Shown: positions 52,671 to 64,000 of the stretch, piece after piece
How the letters are laid out: every line of letters starts with the position of its first letter
Position numbering within the stretch: position 1 is the first letter of the stretch
Source: Camelus dromedarius
Taxonomy: Eukaryota
Length of the DNA stretch: 64,000 bases
Reading direction: 5' to 3'
Assembly: GCF_036321535.1 (NCBI RefSeq)
Contig: NC_087436.1
Coordinates: forward strand, 68,636,001-68,700,000
Program-made: the position numbers and the translations under genes
The notes under the pieces: model-generated
What the model saw: the letters and a program-made list of their open reading frames with translations, nothing else
Told to the model about the DNA's origin: nothing
The model's database searches: none

Positions 52671-55150
52671 CAGCTTCCTTCTAAATGGTTTTTCCACCAA
52701 TGTACCATTCCAAACATTATCAATAAATAATTGTTGAATTTAATAGACTTCTTGATGGCATGTGTCACTATTAACTACCCTCTTTTTTTCTGATCCGTGG
52801 ACTCCTATGAGACCAATTTCTTATGCTTTTTGTTTTCTCATCTTTTGTATCTTGTAATGTTGGCCCCTTAAAAGTGTGTGTACCTGAGTTCTGTTATGTA
52901 GTGCCTTCTTATTGTACACACTTTATCTAAGCTGTTGTATCCATGCTCATGAATTTAACTACCACCCAGGTGACAATGACTTTCAGGTATATATCTCTAG
53001 CGAGAACTTTATCCTGAGCTCAAGGTTTTCATTTACAATGCCATTTTGGACATATGTACCTGGATATTCCACAGGCACCTAAAATTTAGCACACTTCAAA
53101 TCGAACTTTTATTCTCTTTAAATCTACTCTTTCTCCTGTACACCTTCTCTCCAGTTGCTCAGGGAAAACTATGGAGCTAGCGTGTATTCCTCCTTTTCTT
53201 CTTCCTCACATTTGATCAGTCCCATAGTCTTGTTAACTCAGCTGTCTTATTCTCTTTATTCTTACTTAGTTGAAGCCCTTATATCCTTTCTCAGGCAAAA
53301 TATTTTAGTAGATCCCTCTGTCTCTAGCTCACTTGTTTCCAGTCCATTTACTATTCTGCATCTATTGAATTTGACAATTAGAAAATCATTAGTAATCCTA
53401 GCTAGAGTACTTTCAGTGGACTAGTAAGGCAAAAGTCTGCAAGTAGTGGGTCAGAGAGTGAATAAGTTTGAGAATGTGGAACAATGGTGGTAAACTATCC
53501 TTAAAGATTTGACCAAGAAGGGAAAAAGAAACACAGAACAGGATATTTTCAAGGGAGAGAACTAATAATGTTTGCAGACTATGTAGAAGAGTCCATTATA
53601 GTGGAAGTTTGGAAAATATGGAATAAAGTTCAAAATTAATGAAAAGTTCAAATACCTGTGTAGATGAAAACAGTGGATAAGGAATAGGCAAAAGATTAGC
53701 TTTGAATTGTTGAAGAAACTTGTTCATCCTGAGCTAATATGGTTAAGGATAAGCAAAATACAAATCTCTCAGGATGAAAAGAAATTAAAGGAGCAGTTGC
53801 TTTCATTTTTTTTCTTGTTAGTGGGAGGAAATGTCATTTGTTAGGGTATATAAGGGCATGGTGGGTTATATTCAATGAATATACTAAAAGTTTGATATGG
53901 CACCATAAAAAGATGCATTAAAGAATTCTATAGTGTGTTAAGGACCCAGCTGTAACTATGTGACATAAAGCTTTATATTTATAAGGTTGCAAGATTGCTT
54001 CTAGTTGTGCTCAGGAAATTGCATAGAAAAGCAAATAAAGTAGATAGTTGCCCTGTGTTTGGAGATTAGAATGGGTGTAGGGAAAGCAGAAGATGGTGAA
54101 ATCACTGAGGGTGCTGTCAGTAGTGGCTGAAATAATAAAGCATGGGTTCTAGGCTGCACAAGATTACAAGAGAGTCATAGGATTGTGGATGACAGAGAAA
54201 ACTGAGAGGGACAAAAATTGAAATTTGTCATGACTTTGAAGAATAGGTTTAGTGGGACAGTTGGGAAGATGGGAATCTGTAATGAGAGATGATGATTATG
54301 TATTGTAAGTACTTGTTTGCACATCTTCTAGCTCCCAGAGTGTAAGAATAACGAATAAATTAAATTGAATGAATAAAATAAGCCTCCTCCTGGATTTATC
54401 ACTAATTCTGTGTGCCTAGATAAGCACAGTAGTATTTTTGTTAGTTCTAGGACTATTGCTTATGAATGGGATCAGAGGTATTTGAAGCATATTAGCATAT
54501 GGAGAGGCAACTCAGTGTAGCCTTGAGAATACAGGCTGTGGAGTCTAGTTTCCTGAATTTAAATCTCAGTTCTGCCACTTAACGTCTGTGTTAGCTTAGA
54601 CAAACCACTTGATCTCTTTGTCTCGGTCTCTTCACATGAGAAATAGGGTTTATAATAGTATAAACATACATCACAAGGTTATCATAACTTGAATAAATTA
54701 TTATTCATAAAGAGCTTAAAACAGTGCCTGGCACATGAAGATGCTATATAAGTGTTTTCAAATAAATAAAATACTTGGGATATTGGAATCAGTCTAAATT
54801 AAGAAAGCTCCACGATCATTAGGTTTGGTGTTAGACTCAGTTGAGAGTTTTCCTGTGAAAGAGGGTGAGTCAAATTAAATTCACCAATATTTTATTTCAT
54901 CTCTTTATTGCTTATTCCAAATTGAGTCTTATCCTCACCCTCACTCACAGCTTCTTGTAACAGTAAGGGTGGTTTAGCCCTTTCATACTATAATGAGACC
55001 TATCAGATAGCAATATAATTGTAACCAGCTACTCTGGCTATAAAACATAATTAAGCCTTTAAAAATTGTCAGTGAAACAACTGAACAGGTTAATTGGAAA
55101 TTAAAAACCACATAAAAAGCTCCGTCTGAAAATGGAATAGGCAGATTTAC

Positions 55151-55293
55151 CTGGCAGGCATCCACACTCCCCTCCAGGAACCCAGCACACAACATTCCAG
55201 GTGTGACTGCACCACCATATACTGCTTTACTGTTGCAGGTCTTATTATCTATAATCTTCACTAATCCTTTCTGGAGTATATTAGGACTCGCTC
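55151..55293 (-). CDS. TMPRSS11C: TMPRSS11C-like exon: S1 pocket Asp
   Basis: 143 nt encoding (G)[47 protein letters not shown]; flanked by ttttag| and |gtaaat. Confidence 0.93.
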
Positions 55294-56323
55294 CTAAAAG
55301 AAGAAAATTATGAAATTTTTCTAATGCCAATAGTAATCTCTCTAGCTAGGTTATTAGTATCCGATACTATGTACAATTTCCAAACCAATATAAAAAATAT
55401 GTTTTAATTAAGCTTGCTTTTGTCTCCTTTCTGAGTAATAAAGGTGTTACGAACACATCTAGCTATTGTTAAAAATGACCTTATTTAGAAATAGTTAGTA
55501 TGTTCATCCAGATAAGATGGGATTTTTTTTTCTTTTGAATTGTTTTGGAAGTTTATATTTATTACATGTATGCCTTAGGAAAAAAAGAAAAATTCATATT
55601 CCAGAAATATACATTTTATGATCATTTTTAGATTTTCTGCTGTTTGTTACTGTTCTGAATTGTGGAATTAATTTTAGGTGTTTTTTTCTGCTTTCAAATG
55701 TACTGATGAACCTAAATAGCCACTAAATCTTACATTATTAGGGTCATGGGGATGTATATGTTTAAGTGGTCTTTGCTCAAGCATTGCTCTGTCACAGAGG
55801 GCTACTTATTTCACCCCATCCAAAATGTCCAATTCCCTGCAGTCCTTATTTTTCTTATGGTATTGATCTGCATAAAATATGTGGTGTAATCCTCTTAGTT
55901 ATTATATTTCATGAATATTGTCTGTCTTTCTTTGCTAAGAATGTCAGCTTTATAAGGGGAGGAAAATTTGCCTATTTTATTCATTAATATATTTAAATGA
56001 CCTAGGACAGTACATGGAACAAAGGTGGTAATCAAAATAAATGTTTATTGAATGAGTAAATGAATGAATGAAATGGAGGAAAAGGAATTACTTATTCAAA
56101 TAATGCATTTATGTAAAAATTGCCATCATTAAGGGAAATTAAGGTAAATAGCTCAATGAAATTATAGTTTCTGTATGAATGCTGTTGAAGATGCTTTTCA
56201 ATCCACCGCACATTATTTCTTTTAAAATGACCCAGAAAGAGTATTTCTCAAACTTAGCTGTGATTCTTTTTTTTTTAACTCCTAAAACTCAAACTATATA
56301 ACAGAGGAAGTTTAGGAACTCAC

Positions 56324-56583
56324 CATCAGATTGTAATGTTCCCCATCCAGTGACGACCACATCTGAATTGGGTGGGAATGAATAAGTAGTTTCTGGAAGA
56401 CATGCTCTTCGGATGTTGCTTGTATATAATACTGGTGAAGACAGATGCACAAGAGCAATGTCATTATCGTGTGTTGGGTAGTGGTAGTTTTCATGAATTA
56501 TAATATCCTTGACACTTTGCTGGGTGTGTGGATGACTTAGAAGAAGCCCAAAACTAACATTCCATTCTTTGGGATCCCTGGCC
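56324..56583 (-). CDS. TMPRSS11C: TMPRSS11C-like exon: catalytic Asp
   Basis: 260 nt encoding ARDPKEWNVSFGLLLSHPHTQQSVKDIIIHENYHYPTHDNDIALVHLSSPVLYTSNIRRACLPETTYSFPPNSDVVVTGWGTLQSD(G); flanked by tctttag| and |gtgagt. Confidence 0.92.
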
Positions 56584-57380
56584 CTAAAGAAAATAGGTTT
56601 ATTTATTAAAAGGCTTGTATGTTGGAGTTGTAGGAATTAGTATCTTATACTTTTTTTAAAGAAATAGATATGTTTTGAATTCCCATAGTGAATATAAGCA
56701 TACAACAGTATGGCTATATGTAAGAAAAAATAAAAATGAGGAATACATGAATAGACTCTGAAAACTCTATTTTAAAAGATAACCCATGGAGACCACATTT
56801 TATTCCTTTTTGTACAGAAAAGAAAAGGGTTTAGAAAGATAAATATAACAACACAAAATAATTAGGTTAAATAAAAAGTGGGCAAGGACTTGGGACAGAG
56901 TAAAATTATGGAAACAAAGGGAACAGTCTAAATCCTCTTTTATAATCATTAAAAACTATAAATAGAAAGACATTTCTGACTTTTACTATTACTTGTTAAT
57001 CAAGGCATGTACATTAGGCACTGAAAAATAAGTGCTGCAGGAGCATTTTCAAATTCTCAAGGGTGAGAGGGATTTTTGTCTTCATGTAAAACCACTGTGA
57101 TACATAAAACCAAGAGAAATGAGTGAAATGAACAATCAAACAGAAGGGTAAAAACCATTTGGGTACAAAAAAAGCAAACTTTGGTGTAATAATATATCCT
57201 TTAAAGAAAAAATCGTTTCAAATGGAGCTATAACATATATGGGAGAAGGCAAGATGAACTGAAATACTTAATGATTAAAGAAATAAGGCCAAATGTAATA
57301 ATGATGAGAAAGAAACAGAAGACCCATGTTCAGGTTGGGATTTACAGTTTCCTTATAAAGCTGAATTAAGTAGATTTAGC

Positions 57381-57637
57381 TTAGTGATTCTCAGCTGAGG
57401 GCTGTTTTGTCCTCCAGGAGACATTTGCTAATGTCTGGAGATATTTTTGGTTATCAGTCTTGAGGGGATGCTAGTGACATCTGCTGGATAAAGGCCAGGG
57501 ATGCTTCTAAATATACTACAATACACAGGATAGAATTACTTGATCTAACAAATAATTGGATAATAATAATAATCCCCACAACAAAGAATCATTTGATCCA
57601 AAATGTCAGTGGTGACACTGTTGACAACCTGGCTCTA
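57381..57637. mobile_element. MER20-like hAT-Charlie element
   Basis: 'gtgattctcagctgagggc...gacatttgctaatgtctggagatatttttggtt...aggccagggatgct...ccaaaatgtcagt'. Confidence 0.75.
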
Positions 57638-57808
57638 GCCTGAATATATCTGTTTTTTTTTTTTTAATGATACTTTATTGAGTAATTTCGAGCTATACCT
57701 CACAATATTGAGCAGTTGGAAGTGTAGCTGTGTGGCCATATTCTTGAAAGATATGTATCAGATTTTTAGGTAATTGAATTTGAGGTCTTTATGTGGTCCA
57801 GAGCTTAC

Positions 57809-57980
57809 TTTATGAAACAGTGAGCAGCAGTGACAAGCCAGCTGTTACTAATCAGAGTGGCTCCACATCGGTGGACATTGTTCTGTTGAAGGCTGGCTTG
57901 CCAGGGCCATTCCCCTTCCTCAGCATCCATGCCCCCTGCTATCTTGTTCCCAGAAGAAGTTATTGTGCGACGTCCACAAC
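57809..57980 (-). CDS. TMPRSS11C: TMPRSS11C-like exon: activation site and catalytic His
   Basis: 172 nt encoding [56 protein letters not shown](K); flanked by gagcag| and |gtaagc. Confidence 0.92.
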
Positions 57981-59010
57981 CTGCTCAAAATGGAATTCAT
58001 TAGCATATAATGAGATTGATATTGCTTATGCATGCATTGCTATAGTAAACAACCTTCTTATAATACATGTCACTATTAACTGAGGAAAAACTCATAGTCT
58101 TGGAGAAGTTAGGACTAACTGATGACATGAGATTTCCTGAGAATTCATTCAAAATTGATTGACATCTTTCTCCCCCATCCTCATCACTCACATACACACC
58201 TTTGTGTGTGTGTATGGCCTCACTATGACCTATTGAAAGAGGTAGGTGGAACTAAGTGTTTGAATATTAAAGATAATAATTGTATAACAAATTGTTAAAT
58301 TGCATGGGGAAATACGTGCTTTTTAATTTCGTGAACACTTGTTTAAAGCAATGATTGTTATGAAACACTCATAAGAAAGTGTGAGTGAATGTACATGTGA
58401 ATAAGATATTGATGAGAGACAGAGTAGACAGAAACGTGTTTGCATTCAAGTTACAATACACAATACCTGGATAAAAGGAGTAACACACATGAAGATAGCC
58501 AACCCTCCCCCAAAGCTGGATGCTTCTCTGAATCAGGACTGTGCTTTAGTGTCAGTTTAGATCCAGAGAAACTGCTAGATTCTTTAAGTCTTTGAAGCAA
58601 ATCTGCAGTAACAGTATAACTTCACTATTACTCTATCTGTTTGACCCTCTCTCTGATTCTCTTGACTATCTCATCTTACTCCAATTAAAGAGCTTATCAT
58701 TTAGCAGTTTATGATACCTTTTGCTAAAGATTACAAGCCTCATTAATAAATACTTTTAGAGGGCAAGAATCACACCTTTTTTTTTTTTTAAATGTATCTC
58801 TAGAACCTACTGGAGAGAACCCATCACATAAAAGGAGCTCATACAATTTCTCAACTGTTTGTAGAAATGAAGTCTATAGTGTAATCCATGAGATATCTTA
58901 AAGTCAAAATGATATTTGACTGCAAAACTCTCTTCTGTAAGAAGTTTGTTCTTAAGAATTTAGAGAGTGAGTAAAACTTGCAAAAATCAATTCAGTGGCT
59001 GTAGATTAAA

Positions 59011-59246
59011 GTAATGGTTCTCAATCAGTGACAACTTTGGATACCATCTCCTATCCCCAGGAGAAATTTGGCAGTATCTGGAGACATTTTTGGTTGTTAT
59101 AACTGGGAGAGGCAGTGTTGGGCTACTGGTATCTAATGGGTGGAGGCCAGGAATACTGCTAAAAATCCTGCAATGCACGGGACTGTCCCTGAAACAACGA
59201 ATTATGTGGCCCAAAATGTCAGTAGTTAAGGTTGAGAAACTCTGAG
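59011..59246. mobile_element. MER20-like hAT-Charlie element
   Basis: 'tggttctcaa...tttggcagtatctggagacatttttggttg...gaggccaggaatactgctaa...ggcccaaaatgtcagtag...gttgagaaactctg'. Confidence 0.75.
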
Positions 59247-61328
59247 TTAGAGAAAGGTATTTGTACCAAGAATGAGAACATTTAACTTAATTGTAAAGAT
59301 TAGTCAATCGTTTCAGAGATGTTAATTATATGCGACAAGATGTATCTTGAGATACTCTTTCCTGAGGGTGGAAAAGATTAGAAGCACAGGGGAGGGATGT
59401 GTAGACTTTTAAAAAGGCCTCCACTAGCCCCCTGAAGTCCTTAGGTTTGTATATTGCTTCCGATTCTGGATTGTTCTCTTTGATGAAACCTAAACTTCAG
59501 GTTGCTAAGGCATCCTCTTCATAAACATCATTTAGTTGAAGCAAAGCCTTTGTGGTTGCTATTTTTGAATGAAAGAGTCCTGACATTGACTCACTGACTG
59601 TGACTCCGTTTTCTTTCCCTCTTTCATTCCACTCCCTTATCATGGAAGCTACAGAGGATAAAGCAAACAATGCAGAACCTAAAGGTATAAGGGTTCCTCC
59701 CAATCCTCCCTTCAGTTTGGACAACTCCTAAAGGAAGTTGGCTTTTGCTCAACTTCCTTCAGAGGAAGATGAAAACAAAGATCCTTCTCTTTGGTCTAGG
59801 AGAACCTCCCCTGGGTGACTCTATTTCCCTGTTTTTGCTCTTACACAGGATTTTAATCTAATTTGTATCTATTCAACCAATTTTCATTCTGAGTTTTCAT
59901 TTACTCATGACTGTTGTGTCTGTTAAGCTCTCAGTACCTCTGCAGTGCTACCTTGTTATTACCTCTGCTGAAATCTTACCTGGCACCTTATAGCTTTTGT
60001 TACTCCAAAAGAGGTCATCAGGTAAATTTCAAGGACTTGAGGTAGGTAATGAGGACATGCTGGGTGATACTTTCAGAATCATCAGACAATTTACCAAGCT
60101 CTTCACCGTCCCTACCCTTCTAACATCTATTCCATCACCTATTACTGCACTTAAATACACTTTATATCACATGCCAAACTCTATTCTCTCTTCAACCCTG
60201 TTTGTTTTTTCTTGGTTACCTATCCCTTCTCCCTTTTTATTTAAAGTACAATTAAAATCTCAGCTAAACCAAGTCAAATTCAAGATACTGGTCTGGATGG
60301 TTGTTTAGTGTTTAAGCTGGGGGATGGACAAATTGGCCGATCTCTTTCTTACCACTGCTTTTATTCCTGTGTTGACTACCTCTCTTCTACCAACCTGACA
60401 AATCCTTAGTTGTGGATTTTGAGTGTATCATTACTAAAGTTTTTGATTGATTAAAGTCAGAATAACTGACTTTAAAATCTCTTAGTAAGTTGCTTGAGGT
60501 TTGTTCAGTCAAAATATATCACAGAGAAAGACAATCTAAAACAGATTTGTGTTTCAGTTTTGCCCAGTTTGCTCAGAAATAATTATGATGAGACTGAAGG
60601 ATGGTAAAAGCCATCAGGGTCAGTGTCACCCAGCTCAGGAGGGCGAGTCCTCTAATCCAGTTGCTCCAATCAACCTCAGTCCCCAGATACGAGTGCTTCT
60701 CCTGACAGTGTGCTCTAGGTTGTAGCAACCTTGGGGATCACATTTCCCAGAGCGGCTAGTGCGAAAAGAGAAGCAGAATGCCTTGGCCAGCAGGGAGCTG
60801 CTTGCATGTAAGACAACTGATTTCTCAGCACATAAAACTTGGCTTCTAGGATCAGAATTCCACAGTGAGTTCCTAGACCTAAAGTTTTCATAAGCAGAGT
60901 AGAAAATGCAAACAGCTGACAACTTTTGAGGGCTTCTTATGAGCCCTATACTCTTTTAAGTATTTTACTTGTACCTTCTTTTATCATCACAACTTGGAAC
61001 TGAAGGTTTGAGAAGTTAAATAACCTGTGTAAATTCACCCAGTTAGTAAGTGGCAGATCTGGGGCTCAAAACTGATGTGTAGCTAGTATTAGATTTTAAG
61101 TTCTTAATTATCACTGCTTGTCCTTGGAGCCCCTCTGCTAGTATGGCCTGTGATAATATGTTCCTCATTTTAAATCCATGAGATCAGCCAATTTAAGACC
61201 GTTTACAGTCACCTTAATACAAGTTTCTATTACAACTTTATAGATACACACATTGACTCTCAAGTGAAGTTTTTTTTTTGCCATCCAAGGAAATAAGTTT
61301 TACCAGAAAATAACTGTCATGAACTTAC

Positions 61329-61367
61329 AGGTATGGAGAAGATTTTCTGCTGTCGGCATTGCAATGT
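61329..61367 (-). CDS. TMPRSS11C: TMPRSS11C-like protease, 39-nt linker exon (end of SEA domain)
   Basis: Acceptor ctcttag|, encodes (x)IAMPTAENLLHT(C), donor |gtaagt. Phase joins the next exon to give ...LHTCCGRR. Confidence 0.8.
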
Positions 61368-61747
61368 CTAAGAGTCAAAGGAGAAGAAAATGGAAATATT
61401 TACATTTATGAACACATATAGTTTTAATATTAATTATTTTGTTTTGGGAAACACATTGTTCTGTAGGCATAATTATTTTATCAATCTTGACTATGTAATT
61501 TCTATGTTCAGAGATTAGTATAGAGGGTAATATAATCTTAGTATTCATTATTCTGTTTCTAAAAAGACTCTCAAGTTCCCCATTACAGGTTATTTGAAAA
61601 AGAGGTCTTGGGTCCTAGAAAGTACTGAAATATTCGAAAAATGGGGATCTTTCACAATATCTTAAATCCAAATCACCAGATACCAAATGTGTTTGCCATC
61701 TTTTATGTGCCACTATAAATACTCTTAGTCCCTCTTATTCCAGCCAC

Positions 61748-62140
61748 AGTGTGGTGACCAATGGCACTCAGATTTGGATCTGCTGTACTCAGGAGAAACT
61801 TGACAAATGCCCTTCTCATGTCATCACCTAAGACTTCTCACTTTCTGCCAGAAGGAACCCACTGGACATTCTGAGATGGACAATAGGAAATGTGGGAGTT
61901 AACTCTATTGGAGCCAATGCAGGATAGGAGGCGATAGACCGACGCTTCCCTGTTTAGTCACAGGGGAATACGGTTCCAAACTATAATTCATAAGGTCCTG
62001 TGGGAAGGAGCTAGAGTTGCAGCTAGTGACGGCCAACTTCCTCTCCCTGTTTTACTTTCTGTCCTTAACTCTTTCTCAAATCAACTACTGCATGCAAGTC
62101 TCTGGCTCTGGCTCTGCTTTTTGAGGAAACAGGCTAAGAC
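61748..62140. mobile_element. ERVL-type solo LTR (LTR16-like)
   Basis: TG start and characteristic end 'tctggctctgctttttgaggaaacaggctaagaca'. Confidence 0.55.
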
Positions 62141-64000
62141 ACTGAAACAGTGATATACCAAAACAAATAATTAGTAATTAGGAAAGAGTATGTACACTAT
62201 TATACTTAGTGCATTTTTTTTGGTGTTGTGTGCATTTTGCTGTATTTTGATCATTTAAAAATCAGTACATTTTGTGTAGTAAGTTTCAATTATTCAGAAC
62301 ATTCAATTAAACATGACATTCCATTTCCCATTCATTTTAGATAAAAAAAAAATTTTTAGTAACAAGGCAGACTTTAACATTGTCTACTCATTCCTAGACA
62401 TCTAGAGAAAATTATAGAGATTTACTCCAGATAATTTTGCTATGGGCTCCACATCCCTGCAGAATTGTAAACCTGTTTAATGCATGTGCAAAGTGTGTGA
62501 GGAGAGAGTGAATAAGTGATTACAATTATGTTCCAAGTTTCAGATGCAGAGAACTGTAAATCCACTAACAATTTCTACTTAAGTTTCTCTTCAAAAAGAA
62601 ATCACCACTTGCTCTACAAATTAAATACTATAAATGCCAATGTAGGTTTGTTTTTATCATGCTCTTGGATTTCTGTAAGTCCAGGAGGGAGTATCCAGTT
62701 ATATATGTCATTTTCAATTAAACATTCTTATATTAAGTTGCACAACAAATCAGGGAGACAAAATAATTCTTTACTGGGAAGTCAACCTGTCTGAACAAAA
62801 AAGCAGGAGCAATTCAGCAGTCAGATGGACTATGAGTAAATATGAGGCACACCTACTTAAACAGATGGTGTATGTCCATCTAATCCTTTTATGGCTGCCT
62901 GGCAGAGGGTAATTTTTATTTGACCTAATACCAGTGGAGTTTGATTTTGAGCTTCGTGTGGTTGGTAAATTATATAAAACCATATTAAGATTTTGGGAAA
63001 TAATTCAACTCCTGTAACTCAATTGGAAAAATGTTAATTCCTATATCTTAAGAACTAATTATTTAGAAACGCTACTTTGTTCACAAAACTTTCTTCTTTG
63101 AGATTCTCTTTATTGATGCATGACTTGCTAAAAGAAATGTTTCTGACTGTAAAATAAGTTAAAACTTTTAATAGTTGTATTATTTCAGAGCTTAATATAA
63201 TAACTATCTATGGATAGGTGGAAGACAGGTACAATGAATGGAGAAATGACAAGCTGATACTTTTTTTCTACTGAGTCACTGCTGTGGCTGTTTCTTTCCT
63301 TTTAAATCTCTTGGCTCACACTCAAAGGCTGGAACGCCTATGGATTTACCTCTGAATCAGGGAGTCAACAATGTAACCTGAGGTACTCCGTTTACAATGT
63401 ACCACATAAAGGAAGTGACACATAGACACACAAAAAAGGCACTGCCCCTGCCAAGAAGGAGATTCCCATCAAAGAATAATATGATAAAGCAGTTTTAAAA
63501 AACAGCTCAGCAAGTGTTAGCATTGGTTTTTCTCCTTTGGGCTGGGAATCAAAGAAGAAAAGACATGGACCCTGCCCTTGATGAACCTGAAGTGTGGTGG
63601 AAGAGATGTACAATTAAGTAGATAACTCAATATTAAGTGATAAGTGCTATGGCAGATGTATGCATAAAAAATTGGATGCACCAAGGAAAGTCACCTAGAA
63701 AAGAGTAGGGAGGAATAGAAATAGTTGATGACAAACATCTTTTGGGAAAGAGTCAAGAAATTAATTTTACTGGAGCAAAATAAGCTTAATTCACTCACTA
63801 CTGAATATCAGATTAGAAAAGATGCATAGATGCTCTCCATATGTACTTTATAATCTGTAGTATTGCAAATCCATGACCATTGTTTCCTATTTGGTGTCTT
63901 TCTGAGGTTAGGAATTAAGAAATTTAAGTTTGGGAGTACTGGTAAGAATGAGGGCTCCCTAAAAGTCTACTGTCCAGTGAACATTTCATTTCTTAAAAAA

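Noticed and set aside
61368..64000. Further TMPRSS11C SEA-domain exons
   Set aside because: No exon with convincing splice sites and homology was recognised; they probably lie beyond the right edge.

Overview
Mammalian genomic DNA, probably a camelid: there is a Vic-1-type tRNA-derived SINE and cetartiodactyl-type L1 3' ends, and I saw no Alu, Bov-A or PRE elements. The window covers the conserved UBA6-GNRHR-TMPRSS11 locus, with all three genes on the minus strand. (1) UBA6: exons 1-2 and a CpG-island promoter at about 13.6-18.0 kb; the rest of the gene runs off the left edge. (2) GNRHR (type I): complete 3-exon gene, 522+220+245 nt = 328 aa plus stop, with a recognisable gonadotrope promoter. 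(3) A HAT/DESC serine protease: last five exons, closely matching mouse Tmprss11c (neurobin). It is fully in frame here with an intact catalytic triad, although the human orthologue is a pseudogene. An old, decayed processed alpha-tubulin pseudogene lies between UBA6 and GNRHR. The rest is mostly interspersed repeats (L1, L2, MIR, LTRs, DNA transposons), including two 5'-inverted (twin-primed) L1 insertions. I found no prokaryotic-type system or CRISPR array. Repeat family names, species and orthology calls come from recalled sequences, not from a search.
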